A DNA stretch of 63,068 bases, counting the filler, from Collodictyon triciliatum (Eukaryota): assembly GCA_043381765.1 (NCBI GenBank). It is 31 parts of 31 records of this genome, joined end to end, with 100 filler letters (N's around TTAATTAATTAA, not from the genome) between each part and the next. Parts side by side here need not be neighbours in the genome. Positions count along the whole stretch, not along the records: positions 1 to 1,944 come from JBHJMP010009855.1; positions 2,045 to 3,988 come from JBHJMP010009856.1; positions 4,089 to 6,031 come from JBHJMP010009857.1; positions 6,132 to 8,073 come from JBHJMP010009858.1; positions 8,174 to 10,115 come from JBHJMP010009859.1; positions 10,216 to 12,156 come from JBHJMP010009860.1; positions 12,257 to 14,197 come from JBHJMP010009861.1; 24 more parts are not named here. One strand, written 5' to 3'. A program made the position numbers and the translations under genes. Positions 1-12,389 of this stretch are shown here, one piece after another; position 1 is the stretch's first letter, and every line of letters begins with the position of its first letter. The notes under the pieces were generated by a model. That model was not told the origin of the DNA. It saw nothing but the letters and a program-made list of their open reading frames with translations, and did not search any database.

Positions 1-258
1 TTTTATCTCTTCTTTTTTTTATCTCTTCTTTTTTTATCTCTTCTTTTTTTTATCTCTTCTTTTTTTTATCTCTTCTTTTTTTTTTCTCTTCTTTTTTTTT
101 TCTTTTCTTTTTTTTTTCTCTTCTTTTTTTTATCTCTTCTTTTTTTTATCTCTTCTTTTTTTTATCTCTTCTTTTTTTTATCTCTTCTTTTTTTATCTCT
201 TCTTTTTTTATCTCTTCTTTTTTTTATCTCTTCTTTTTTTTATCTCTTCTTTTTTTTA
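1..258. repeat. Low-complexity tandem repeat (T6-8 ATCTCTTC)n at contig start; representative of the SSRs that end most contigs, e.g. (CAAA)n, (CTCA)n, (ATT)n, (TTTTCC)n, (CATAAT)n
   Basis: Directly visible tandem units. Confidence 0.95.
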
Positions 259-459
259 TTGTCACAGTGGCACTTTGAATCTACGCTACAACGACCAATT
301 TCCAATCTCGTATCAAAAAGCTAATATGATATTCATCCTCCACAAGCGTATGTACTTGTTAGAGATAATTACTCCATTTGTACAAAAAAAAAATAATAAA
401 AGACCACCGCATTCCATGTGTAAACCTTTTCATCACAATCTTTTAGATTTGAACAGTAG

Positions 460-1769
460 GGATAACTTCACTGTTGTAGAGCACATACAAACAAAATTCA
501 AACAGGAGAAGCCAAACATGTATCGCTTGCTTAAGCTGCTTTGTACTTCATTATTCAATCCTGGATTATATACCGACGAGGCGCAGATTGCAAGTGGAGC
601 TTTTGGGGTAAGAGAGTGATTCTTTTCTGCAGTAGCATTAAAAAAAAAAAAAGCTTTAGTTTGTTCATTAGCCTCTGATTTGAAATTATAGACTGTCTAT
701 CGTTGTAAGTCACCGATATTTCCCGATGACGTGGCCGTCAAAAAAGTTCCCACGCCAAAGGTTTAATATTAGAGAATTTAAAAATGCTGCTTTCTCGATT
801 ATGTCTCGTCTTATTTAATATATTAAATTTTGGTGATATTGTGATAGAGTGGTTTAAATGATTCAGTAATGCGTTTGTATTATATTTTCCTTATGTCCTG
901 CAGAATATTCAAGATAGATGCAGCCTATTTGACATATTTACTGAAATTCTGATTATGGACCAACACAACGGCGACCCAAGAATTTGTCACATGTTCGTCA
1001 TCATAAAAAGGAGAAAATAAATGTATTATGTAAATGTAAACCAGAAGGATGAATAAATAAAGTATTGATGTGCTTGTCATAAAGGGTTGACTACGGTGTG
1101 ACTGATACTCATTACTACATCGTCATGCGGCGGTATCAAGCCAGTCTCAGGGTTTGTTCGTGCAATGCTTCTCTTTTTTTAAAAAAAAAATTATCAAATA
1201 TATAATGTATATATTTTATGTTATTTGTGTAAAAATCAACTAAAATACGCGGCTATGCAAGACATGGAGAGCCCGACAACCCATCGAATATAAGCAACAC
1301 ACGTTGTATTACTTGCAATTGTACAGCCGGTTGCTGAAGTCGTTTATCTTCCTGAAAGAAAACAGTTTGGTTTTTATTATCTTCATTTGGTCAATATAAT
1401 TTTCATGAATAATGGGACTAATCCTCCGTCGTCAATAGATATCAACCACTTTGATATAAAAAGTGATAATATTCTTGCCCATCCTTCCGACCCAAAAATA
1501 TCCCCAGAGCAATTTTACGCTGAATCATTGACTTCTTTAAACATGACACTGCATATAAGTGGTGAATATATATATATATATATTAGAAATGAGCTTTATT
1601 TTATGAGAACTATTCATTACGAGGAAATAAGCACATATATATGAACCTCCAATTCCTTTTTTTATTTTACAAAACGTAGATTTTGGTGAGTCCATAGTAT
1701 ACTCCAACGAAGAGGATTGCTTCGCCACTAAAAATTCAGGCACAGAGTTTATCAAAAGTCCAGAGATGT
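460..1769 (+). CDS. Ser/Thr protein kinase, multi-exon fragment
   Basis: Spliced exons give the Gly-loop IASGAFG|TVY, VAVKK, EILIM (alphaC), catalytic HFDIKSDN, DFGES and GTEFIKSPEM, separated by introns. Exon ends are approximate. Confidence 0.88.
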
Positions 1770-1944
1770 TAGGTATTACATATTCTGGGCAAAAGTATCG
1801 CGTTAACTTTGATCGCAGGAAGAAGGTTATTCTTTATTCATTATTCTTTTTTATTCTTTTTTATTCTTTTTTATTCTTTTTTATTCTTTTTTATTCTTTT
1901 TTATTCTTTTTTATTCTTTTTTATTCTTTTTTATTCTTTTTTAT

Positions 1945-2044
1945 NNNNNNNNNNNNNNNNNNNNNNNNNNNNNNNNNNNNNNNNNNNNTTAATTAATTAA
2001 NNNNNNNNNNNNNNNNNNNNNNNNNNNNNNNNNNNNNNNNNNNN
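1945..2044. other. Artificial contig spacer N44-TTAATTAATTAA-N44 (representative; 30 such spacers occur about every 2.04 kb up to ~61050-61137)
   Basis: Identical 100-nt unit whose 12-mer has stops in all six frames; recurs at regular spacing; sequences on either side are unrelated. Confidence 0.98.
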
Positions 2045-2589
2045 AACAAACAAACAAACAAACAAACAAACAAACAAACAAACAAACAAACAAACAAACA
2101 AACAAACAAACAAACAAACAAACAAACAAACAAATTTGAATAAAATAGTATACCCAGTCTAATTCGAAACAAACAAAAAAAACTTGATGAATGTGGAAAA
2201 CCATCTTGTGAGAAACGTATACGAAAATCTCACACATGATATTTCTTGTATGGCCAATCCTATTTCAGTGTTCACTAAATAGTAAACAAATAAAAATAAA
2301 AAGACTTAGGGCGAGGAGTAAAATAAAATTCCTTTTTTTTTTTAAAAAAAAAATAAATAAATTATAAAGACAATAGCGATGATATGATGGGAAACGAAAC
2401 TTATATTAGGGCTGTTCCCCCTACTTTTACTTAATGAAATGTCCGCTATTACCCAATATTGACCAATTATCTTACATATTAAATCAAAACATTTTTTTAT
2501 TGAAAGATACAGTATGCCACACTATTCACTTTTACTTATTTGCCTAATGTATCATACTCATAAAATTTTTTTCCTCATCGTATATCAGA

Positions 2590-3988
2590 ATGGATTCTCG
2601 TGCTTGTTCAACAATAGTAGTTTTGATCATTGGTATATTCGCTTTTAATTAAATTTTATACTACATATCCAATCGATTTAATATTGAATCGTTAAGACAA
2701 CGAATGAGCCTAAATCAAGGGGAAAAAAACGACCTAAACCATACTTTTTTCTGCCTTTCAGGAATTTTGTTCCATAACCAAATCGCATTTGTAAAAGGAC
2801 AGGATTACCTGGTGTTTTCAATAAACGCACACTACAATTCGATTTACAGTGTCGGGTTTACACCAGATGGAACACACTTAGTTTCTGGAAGTTTTGACAA
2901 CACTATAAAGCTATGGGACTTGTCGAATGGAGAGTTGATTTATTCTTTCGAAGGTCGCGCTGATTGGATAAATAGTGCTGTTGTTACTCCAGATGGAAAG
3001 AAAGTGGCCTGTAGAAGTACTGACCTCAGCATTAAATTTTGGAGTCTCGAGGACGGGAGTCTAAGTTTCACATTGGACGGGCATGGCACTGAGATAAATG
3101 GTATGTTCATTACAAAAGATGGGTTGCAATTAGTCTCCGTCGGATACCAATTGATCAAAGTCTGGGATTTATCAAACAGAGTTAGTTTATTCACTATTTA
3201 TGCCAGCGATGAATGGATTAATTGTGTGACGATCACTCCGGATGGTACGAAAATAATAGCAGGAAGCCAAGATGCTATGACAACTATTTGGGATATGTCG
3301 AATGGAAACTACATAAATACTTTGACTGGTCATAGCAATTGGGTGAATAGTGTCACTGTTTCCCCAAACGGAGAAAAGCTCATAACTGGGAGTTTTGACA
3401 AAACAATCAAAATCTGGCGTCTTTCAGACTGGAGTTTGATTCGAACTCTAGTAGGCCATTACAGCGTTGTTTATACAACTGCAATTACTCCTGACGGACT
3501 AAAAATCGTATCTGGAAGTGCGGATTACACGATAAATTTCTGGGATATCGATTCTGGTTCATTACTATTGACATTGGTAGATGAATACACTGGAATTAAC
3601 TGCATTGCTATTTCTCCGTATGGTTCCAAGATAGCATCTGCGGGTGATGACGGGGTAGTGAGAATATGGGATCCATCTGATTATTTCTCACAATTTTTAA
3701 CGGAATCCCAATCTCAGTCTCAGTCTCAATCCCAATCTCAGTCTCAGTCTCAGTCTCAGTCTCAGTCTCAGTCTCAGTCTCAGTCCCAGTCCCAGTCCCA
3801 GTCCCAGTCTCAAGCGTTAGCTGGCTCTCAGTCTCAGTCTCAGTCTCAGTCTCAGTCTCAGTCTCAATCTCAGTCTCAGCCTCAATCTCAGTCTCAGTCT
3901 CAGTCTCAGTCTCAGTCTCAGTCTCAGTCTCAGTCTCAGTCTCAGTCTCAGTCTCAGTCTCAGTCTCAGTCTCAGTCTCAGTCTCAGT
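2590..3988 (+). CDS. Probably secreted 7-bladed WD40 protein with a long C-terminal (SQ)n tract; 3' end truncated
   Basis: Exon 2590-2632 (MDSRACSTIVVLIIG) joins in frame across a GT-AG intron (2633-2761) to ILFHNQIAFVKG, which looks like a signal peptide. About 7 regular WD repeats follow (GH..WVNSVTVSPNGEKLITGSFDKTIKIW), then SQ repeats to the contig end. Confidence 0.88.
3706..3988 (+). repeat. Coding hexanucleotide repeat (TCTCAG)n encoding (SQ)n
   Basis: Synonymous variants (TCC/TCT, CAA/CAG) keep the SQ frame. Confidence 0.95.
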
Positions 3989-4299
3989 NNNNNNNNNNNN
4001 NNNNNNNNNNNNNNNNNNNNNNNNNNNNNNNNTTAATTAATTAANNNNNNNNNNNNNNNNNNNNNNNNNNNNNNNNNNNNNNNNNNNNTTTTTTATTCTT
4101 TTTTATTCTTTTTTTATTCTTTTTTTATTCTTTTTTTATTCTTTTTTTATTCTTTTTTATTCTTTTTTATTCTTTTTTTATTCTTTTTTTATTCTTATGT
4201 GTTTATTAGTTAATTTATAATTTGTTAATATGTTTATTACTATCGTCATCATCAGGTGCGGTTTCCAATCCAAAATTTAATTAATATATCTATATCTAG

Positions 4300-5787
4300 A
4301 CAAGAACTGGAATCAGCCAAATCCCGCCTGTATTCTCAGTTAGAAACCGGGGACCAGTCATCTAGTTCATCCAACTCCTTTCCGCTACCCGAAGTGGTCG
4401 GCACAATTCCACCAAAGAACCGCGGAATATGTAATGCAATCACGTATCAAAACATCTCTTGCTCGCGGGATTAATAGCACTAATGTTCTTCCTTTTCTAC
4501 TTCTATTTAACGTTATCTATTTATTTATTGTTAAAAGGGAGCGCGTCTCCTATGCTTACATTATCTCCGAGAAAACTTCGTCTTGTTAATGATCCTGTTT
4601 CACAAATGTTGACCCAACTTCACAAGCTTGTTTATGCTTCACAGGTTTATCTCTCTTTTAACCTCGTTTCGCTGCAAAAAGAAAAAAAAAGAAATATCAA
4701 GGATTAAATTAATTTCATTTTTTCAACCATTTAAATAACTCCACGCATGAAAGAAATTGACAATCGACCAGCATTTTCTCTTTTTATGTAAAAACAATAA
4801 TCTAATTACCCTCAAACAAAAGCTACCTCCGACGTTGGAGCCTGATTATAATAGGAAGTGCGTAGATCGATATAAGAGATCCCTTTTTTCGAGTGTGAAG
4901 CTGTGGAATCTGAAAGTAGAGTTAAAGAAGGTTCAAAGAATATATATCGAATTTTTTATGTAATATCAAACAATATTATGGAAAAGATTATTTGTTAATA
5001 TTTTACAAAAGAGCTAATCCGATTCAATTTATACCAAGCTCATGTCTGGCTCGAAAGACCTGATTGATTTGGATTTTGGTGTGGATTCCACTTCACAAGC
5101 AATCCAGTCCATAGTTTGTTTCTTTTTATATCATACCAATCGTTTTGACATATACTCTTTATTAATTTTTTTCTGTCAATCAATCAATAGAACAAAACAA
5201 ACGACAAAACATTCGTTTTTAAATTTCACGCAGATGCACATACTAACACTCTTCACTTTGAACATCAGAGTCATACAAGTCAACTTCCTTGTCAAAGATT
5301 AAGTTATTTTGAGCTTCAGAATATGGTGGAAGCTGTCTTACTCAAAACAAACTACTATGAGCAGCCACAACATCTTGACCTTGGAAGGGAATCACCACCG
5401 AACTCATCACCCTCTATTATCCCTCAAACCATAACACCTCCACAATCTTCACCGCATTCCGGGCAAGCATACCTCATACCAGTTCAAAAGTCCCCTTCAA
5501 AGCCCCCTCAACAACAAACTTTTCCTCCAGCATTACCGCACTCTGCACCGCTTCCGCCAGTGGCAAACCACATTCCCCGACCAAAACTCGTGCAAACCTC
5601 TGCTTTTGGCGGAAACTTCCCTTCACAGATGTCGCAACAGCATCAACCAGCTACTTCTTCAAAGACCCCGTCACATACGCAACCAAAAACCAAATCAGGG
5701 GTTCCTTCATCGACCCTTCTTCCATCTCTCAAACACCATCCTGTGCTACCGCCTGTGCACCCAACACGGCCAAATCCGATTCTGTAA
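4300..5787 (+). CDS. Multi-exon hypothetical protein with a Pro/Ser/Gln-rich C-terminus
   Basis: ORF 5323-5787 is P/S/Q-rich and ends at TAA. Several upstream exon-like segments alternate with AT-rich introns. No family recognised. Confidence 0.5.
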
Positions 5788-5847
5788 TACAATAGACATT
5801 TGTATGGGTCTTGAATCCTGATTTTTATCCTTTTTTTACTTTTACTT

Positions 5848-5951
<104 letters not shown>

Positions 5952-6295
5952 TTCTTTTTTATTCTTTTTTATTCTTTTTTATTCTTTTTTATTCTTTTTT
6001 ATTCTTTTTTATTCTTTTTTATTCTTTTTATNNNNNNNNNNNNNNNNNNNNNNNNNNNNNNNNNNNNNNNNNNNNTTAATTAATTAANNNNNNNNNNNNN
6101 NNNNNNNNNNNNNNNNNNNNNNNNNNNNNNNTATTGTGTTTTATTGTGTTTTATTGTGTTTTATTGTGTTTTATTGTGTTTTATTGTGTTTTATTGTGTT
6201 TTATTGTGTTTTATTGTGTTTTATTGTGTTCTATTGTAGTGTATTTGCATCGTACTTTCATTTATCGTCGACATTCTCAGTCTATTAGATTGCAG

Positions 6296-7815
6296 ATGGA
6301 AAAGTTTGGAACGGCCGAGTCATCCGTTAAAAATATTGTCCAGCAATACGAAGAAGAAAAACGAAAGCTGGAATCTGAATTGGAGAATAGGTTTTCCTAA
6401 TTCCAAAATATTTAGATGGTTCAAATTTAACATTCTTTTTATACATGAATTTATGCAATATTGGTAAATATGTGTGAATTTTATAGTTATGTTGATGATA
6501 ATGATATAAAAAAATAGAAACACATCAGTCAAGCATCTTGAAGGGCTAATTGAGAAAATTTCCAACAAATCGAGCGAACTTGAAGCGGAGCTAGCTCAAT
6601 CGAAAAAATCAGTAGATTTAATCAAAGAACAACATAGAATTCTGGAAACTCAGTTAAATGAAGTCAGTGAAAAGCACGATGTGTGTCAAAGAGATTTAGC
6701 AAAGGCTAAAATGGAAACGGAAACAACTATTCAAAATCACCAGAAAGAATCCGATGCCCATTTGATGACCAAAGAAAGAAATGCTGTCTTGGAGAATGAT
6801 TTGTCAGAAAGAAATCGAATTTTAGAGGAGCTTCAACGCCAAGTACACTCCAATCAGAATATGTCTGAATTAATTACAACCAAAATGAAGAAACTCAATG
6901 AAGATAATGAAAATACCATACAAAATCTTCAGAAATTGCTTAGTGATAAGAACCTTGAAATTGAGAGGCTGAACGGAAAATTGGACGGTGCCAATGAAAT
7001 AGCTGAGGTCTCTAAAAAGGATATTGAGACCTTCCAGCAATCCGGTCGAGAGCTCGAGAAAAGGGTATCTATGCTAGAGGATGAACTATTAAAGACAAAG
7101 AACTTTTACGAATCGTGTCTTCTTGACAAAGATGCCCAAATACAGAAATTAGAAAAATCGGTAAGTATTCTTACTGATTCGAAACAAAGCTATGAACATC
7201 AAATATCAGATTTGAAGAAACAATTGGAACTTAATTCTGAAGAAAATAAAGTCATCTCGAAAAATATTGAAAACATTACTCGCGAAAAAGCTGAGCTTGA
7301 GTCTGCAAAAGTGGAAACGAACTCAAAGGTTGTTAAAAAAAAAATCTTAACACTTCATGTGACTCGTTAGACTAAATGTAATAATATATATTGAAAACGA
7401 ACAATAACTTGTATTCCTTAAAAATTAAGTATTGAAAAAAGAAGTATTTCCTCTCAGTATACTGCTCTATGGGAAGAGGTTAAAGTCGGTAAATCCCTGG
7501 CTGAGGAACGAAAGAAGGCAAATGATGAAAAAATGATGACACTTCAAATGGAAAATGATAAGTTGTCTAGTTTGGTGAACAAGTTAAAGGATGTACGTAT
7601 TTATGTATACATGTATACATACGCACATCCAGAACGGGAATGTAGGGTATTTTCCATTATTATTATTTTTAAGAATTATTCTTTTCAGGATTTGGATCGT
7701 ATAGCTGAATCCAATGGACAAGCAAGCATGTCCCACCAGACGAAATTGGATAAACTAACTGAAGAACTGCAGCAAGCGAATGCAAGAATTCAGGAACTTG
7801 AGGCGATGCTACATG
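6296..7815 (+). CDS. Long coiled-coil protein, multi-exon internal fragment
   Basis: E/K/Q/L-rich heptad pattern across ORFs 6681-7370 and 7533-7856, interrupted by intron-like segments. Confidence 0.7.
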
Positions 7816-8173
7816 TTGAACTCACGTTATACTTTTTGTTCTTAATAATTTCCTAATACAGTTTAGCTTTTATCTATCTTAAATCTCTTTATGAGGGTAA
7901 TGGAATTTTTTTTGTCTTTTTTTGTCTTTTTTTGTCTATTTTTTGTCTTTTTTTGTCTTTTTTTGTCTTTTTTTGTCTTTTTTTGTCTTTTTTTGTCTTT
8001 TTTTTGTCTTTTTTTTGTCTTTTTTTTTGTCTTTTTTTGTCTTTTTTTTGTCTTTTTTTTTGTCTTTTTTTTTNNNNNNNNNNNNNNNNNNNNNNNNNNN
8101 NNNNNNNNNNNNNNNNNTTAATTAATTAANNNNNNNNNNNNNNNNNNNNNNNNNNNNNNNNNNNNNNNNNNNN

Positions 8174-8324
8174 GCACGCCCAGCTCGATGAGGTCCACGC
8201 CCCCTGCCTGCATGGCCAGCAGCAGCCCCGCGCTCTCTGCGGGCGTCGGGTAGCCGCACGGCACGTACCCGATGAACGCCGCCCGCCCCTGGGTGAACGC
8301 CCTGTTCAGCCGCTCCACGCTCAT
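8174..8324 (-). CDS. trpA: Tryptophan synthase alpha subunit (or alpha part of a TRP5-type fusion), N-terminal fragment
   Basis: AFIGYVPCGYPTPAES...MQAGGVDLIELGV matches the TrpA N-terminus, including the catalytic Glu in IELG. Cut by the contig end. Confidence 0.9.
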
Positions 8325-8652
8325 CCCTCGGCTGCTTCTCTCCTCGCTCGGTCCTGCAGTGGGGCCCGTGTTTTATGGTTTTGTTTTGATTTGTTTTTTG
8401 TTTGTTTTTTGTTTGTTTTTTGTTTGTTTTTTGTTTTTTGTTTGATTTTTGTTTTTGGTCTTAGTGGTGGGTGCGTGCCGAAGCGTGTGTGTGTGCGTGC
8501 GTGTGTGTGCTGCCTACTTGCTGATTCATGGATTGAGCCTGCGCAGGCTTTTCTTTGTGCGGAAATATAGGGTTTGTGATTAGGCTCTGCATCAGGAACT
8601 GATCGGGTTGGGTTTCTTTGGGCCACTGCTGTATCTGGAGTTTATATGAATA

Positions 8653-8770
8653 CTAGATGACGCATACCAATATTTCGAATAGTAAACCTGGTCTGCTGGT
8701 ATCCAAGGTCTCATCACTTTTCACAAAGATTGTGTGGTGGTGAAGGCTGTCAGAAATGCCTGGACAGCCT
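8653..8770 (-). ncRNA. Putative Fanzor omegaRNA scaffold, copy A
   Basis: Sense AGGCTGTC..GACAGCCT hairpin, TCACCAC..CACAA-TCT-TTGTG..GTGATGA hairpin, degenerate terminal hairpin, then CTAG|T. Confidence 0.65.
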
Positions 8771-9640
8771 GTTGTTTTTTCAGTGAGTTGTATGCATTTT
8801 TTGAAGGATTAAAGGAACTTCAATGAGTAAATTTTTAGCGCTGATAAAGTCCCTTGTCAAAAATACAATTTGTTTGCTTTCTGAGTGATTGCATTCTTTA
8901 TGTATATCAGGCATCTATACAGCTTTTTTTGGATTCCCTTTCAGTTTCATATATTCCAGTTATTTTTCGCAGTTGCAGCACATCTTGGAGGTTCTAAATT
9001 CATCCACACTATCTGGTTCAAAATGTTTGGATAGTATTTTTCGTAATCCTTTTCCGATCGTTGCCATAAAATGTTTCATCGGACGTTTTCTGCTCCAGTC
9101 TCCATACGCCAGTACAACATCCTTGCCAAATGCCTTTTCGATTCGGTCCATAAAAAATTCTTCACTTCTTTTTGTATTAACATACTGTATCCATCTCATC
9201 TTTCGAAAAGTCACTTCATAAAATCTGGATAATTCTATCTGGTAACTCGATTTCATAGGTACATATTCTCGAAATTTTTTTCATAACCGACCGTGCATGA
9301 ACTATGTTTACTCCGTTCTGTCTCTAAACCGATTAAAGATACTCTTGATGTCTCAAACTGCTGAATTTCTTAAAAAGTGATATGACCAAAAGAAACAGCT
9401 CTTTGTAAATCTGTTGCCATGCATATCCCTGAAGAATTGTACTTTTCTTTCTCTCACTAGAGTATTTTGTGATTTTTAAGATATTTGCTATCATGTCTTG
9501 TTTGGTGTGCCGTGTAATATAATTTCTTACCTGTCTCATCCACCACGTAAACAAAATTAAACTTGCCTGCGCCCACTCCAACTATTTTTTTTTCTTTTGT
9601 CGCTAATAAAGATAACTGCTCTTCGGAAAGTTCATCTGTA
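8653..9640 (-). mobile_element. Fanzor1-like transposon copy A (3' half, pseudogenised; interrupted at 9640 by a LINE 3' end)
   Basis: FGKDVVLAYGDWSRKRPMKHFMATIGKGLRKILSKHF..VDEFRTSKMCCNCEK and TRDFISAKN, with frameshifts. Alignable by eye to copies B-D. Confidence 0.88.
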
Positions 9641-10115
9641 TTTTTTTTCCCCCTTTATTCGATTCAACGTACAGCGAGGTTATGCCATACAAAGGGGCGG
9701 GATGGGAGCACATGGGAGAGAGCAAACGCGATTAATAGACGACAGTACCGTGGAGAGGGTAGCACTGGAAAGAAATCAGTGATAGCGAGTTGGTCAGGTG
9801 GGCGACCCAACTGGTCGATTGGTTGCGTGGGTAGCAGGGGTTGGATATGCTGTGGGGATATCGCACGACACATTCCCACATCTCTCTTCGCTTGCGGTCA
9901 GAGTAGCGAAGAATGCGCACGTGTTTCAGTCGGCTGTTAAGGAAGCTGTATTGTATGAGTCTTTCAAGCCTGGCTACATTGATTTCTCGTTCAGGTGAAT
10001 CATCGGAGCGAGAGAATGCACGCACACTCCATAAGGACCACAGCATATGTCCCCTTGTGACTGTCCAGAGTATTCTAGAGTCGTGGGTCATTTGGTATTG
10101 TGGGCCAAACAGGAT
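9641..10115 (-). mobile_element. Non-LTR retrotransposon (L1/Tx1-like) 3' fragment: ORF2 C-terminus, 3' UTR, AATAAA and short A-tail
   Basis: ILFGPQYQMTHDSRILWTVTRGHMLWSLWSVR..IQYSFLN..LRYSDRKRREM is homologous to the zf-RVT-linked ORF at 15618-16234. The 3' UTR is repeated at 19877-20013. Sense end is TTGAATCGAATAAAGGGGG-A8. Confidence 0.75.
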
Positions 10116-10215
10116 NNNNNNNNNNNNNNNNNNNNNNNNNNNNNNNNNNNNNNNNNNNNTTAATTAATTAANNNNNNNNNNNNNNNNNNNNNNNNNNNNN
10201 NNNNNNNNNNNNNNN

Positions 10216-10271
<56 letters not shown>

Positions 10272-11415
10272 GCTATACTGCCAATATAACCCTACAATCT
10301 TGTCCGCACGATTCCTTTATTGCTTTTGTGTATGTTGTCTGTTTGGTGTTTGGATACATCAGATATAAGCCCCTGTCAAGGTTAGGCCAACCGCGATCTG
10401 CCTCCTATGAGGAGAGTCCAACCAATTTTGCCCTAGCATCAAAGTTGTTGTAAAAGTCAATATTATATTACATATTGATAATAAAATACTATATAAGTCA
10501 TATATATGCCTACAGGAAGCAACTATATGTTATTAAAGTAATATTATAATATATTCCATAAATGAATAATAATTCCGGAAAATTATATATTCCAATTAAA
10601 AACTTTATATTTTGCGCAAAAAATTACTATATCAATAATATCGACACTTTAAATATAATATAAATTAGTTATGTATCAAGCTTCGTGATTTTTCCGTGGC
10701 CAAGTCAATTTTTTTCCGTCTAGCGTTAAATGCGCTATACCCAATTAGGTGTACCTGATCTGGACATTATTACTGATGATAGAGTTTTTCACGGAATATA
10801 TGCGAGGGCGATGGGGCGGAACGTTATGAATACTGGTGCAGGAATTCCATTGTACCTACTGTGTGGAAATTAAGAATTTCCCAGGATGCTGTGGCTCTGA
10901 GACCAGAAACATTCAATCTGGAGCAACAAAGTCAGATTGACACCCATGCCAAATGTCAAATGCACTTCGCCACTCCCAAAGCGGCAAATTTCACTGAATG
11001 AACATCCGTTACTAACGCCGTCAAGAGAAAAAATCTAATACAAAAAAGCCTCGAGTCATACCAGGGTTCTTTCATATGTTCGCCCCGTGAGGCAGATACC
11101 AGTGGTGAGGAAGAGAATTAGTGATATCGCGAGATTATTCGCTCAACCATTAATCTTCGTCTGTCAGTGTGCCGCAGAATAGCAATTTCCTACCTTCATG
11201 TATAGGCAATCCAGCACAGTCTCTCCTTTTCTCTCCCATAAGCCCCGTAATCAATCTCTCTATGCAAACCAAAGTGAAGGCCGCACTCGTCAGACAACCA
11301 GCACATACCCACATACCCACATACTCGCATACTCACATACTCGCATATTCACCTTTCCCTTTTTTTCTTTTTTCTTTTTTCTTTTTTCTTCCTTCTTTCA
11401 CAGCAAAAGTTCACG

Positions 11416-12156
11416 ATGAAGCATCACTGCGCATCCCTACACGGACAAGGACGCCCGAGCAAAACACCTGCGCCACTTCTGGCCATCACAGCGGCCATGG
11501 CCTTCCTGTTCATCACAGGCATCACACCCGGACTGCCATCCGCTGCAGCCACTCAACAAGACGTTATCCGCCGAGGCATCTGCATTCTGCGCGGCACAGG
11601 CGTTCGAGATGGTTTGCTAAAAGGCGTGATTCGCCTGCGCCAGAACGGAACATCGCCCGGCATCAGCGTAGATGTGGACATCGAAGGTGTGGGAATCGAC
11701 GAGACGCACGGCATTCACATCCACCAGTACGGCGACATCAGCGACCAGCTCAAAGGCCTCAACAACGGCGCTCACTTTGCAGTGGGCCACATGAGCGACG
11801 GAGCCCGCCACGGCCGACCCGGCGACAGCGACCCGCGTCCGCATAACGGCGACCTGGGAAATGTCAAGGCCGACTCACAAGGCCGTGTCAAGACCAGCCT
11901 GCTGCCTGTCATCAACGAATGGGCCACGCTGGACGGCGACGAGTACTCGGTCATTGGACGTGCAATTGTCATCCACGAGAAGATGGACACGGGCGAGCGA
12001 AACACAGAGACGGGCAACGCCGGAGGACGCTTTGGCCAGTGCACCATCGGCATCGACGGCCTCCAGGACAACAGCCTCAACTCGGCCAAGGCTGCGCCCA
12101 TCCCCTCGGGGTCTTTCGGCTCCTGCACCCTGAACCCGCTTTCTGACAGCCCAGTC
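11416..12156 (+). CDS. Cu/Zn superoxide dismutase with signal peptide; ORF continues past the SOD domain to the contig end
   Basis: HGIHIH, GAHF, ARHG, PHNGDLGN, SVIGRAIVIHE and GNAGGR motifs supply all Cu/Zn ligands and the catalytic Arg. Hydrophobic N-terminus. Confidence 0.92.
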
Positions 12157-12389
12157 NNNNNNNNNNNNNNNNNNNNNNNNNNNNNNNNNNNNNNNNNNNN
12201 TTAATTAATTAANNNNNNNNNNNNNNNNNNNNNNNNNNNNNNNNNNNNNNNNNNNNGAATTAGATATAATAATAAGTAAAAAAACGCAGAAAACAATTGA
12301 GGATGAAATAAACTGATATTTATTTATTCTAGATATATAGAATAAATAAATATCATGGGGATAAATTCACCACGAAAAACAATGGCTCT

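Noticed and set aside
262-285. GCACTTTGAATC resembling the LINE 3' tip
   Set aside because: Only 12 nt match, with no following AATAAA, A-tail or TSD.
1989-2000. TTAATTAATTAA recurring every ~2.04 kb as a CRISPR-like or regulatory repeat
   Set aside because: Always embedded in N44 blocks; it is an artificial six-frame-stop linker.
8174-9640. trpA plus a TnpB-like gene as a bacterial contaminant with an IS200/IS605 element
   Set aside because: The same contig carries eukaryote-style SSRs and a poly(A) LINE end, and the nuclease has Fanzor1-type motifs with copies beside intron-containing genes.
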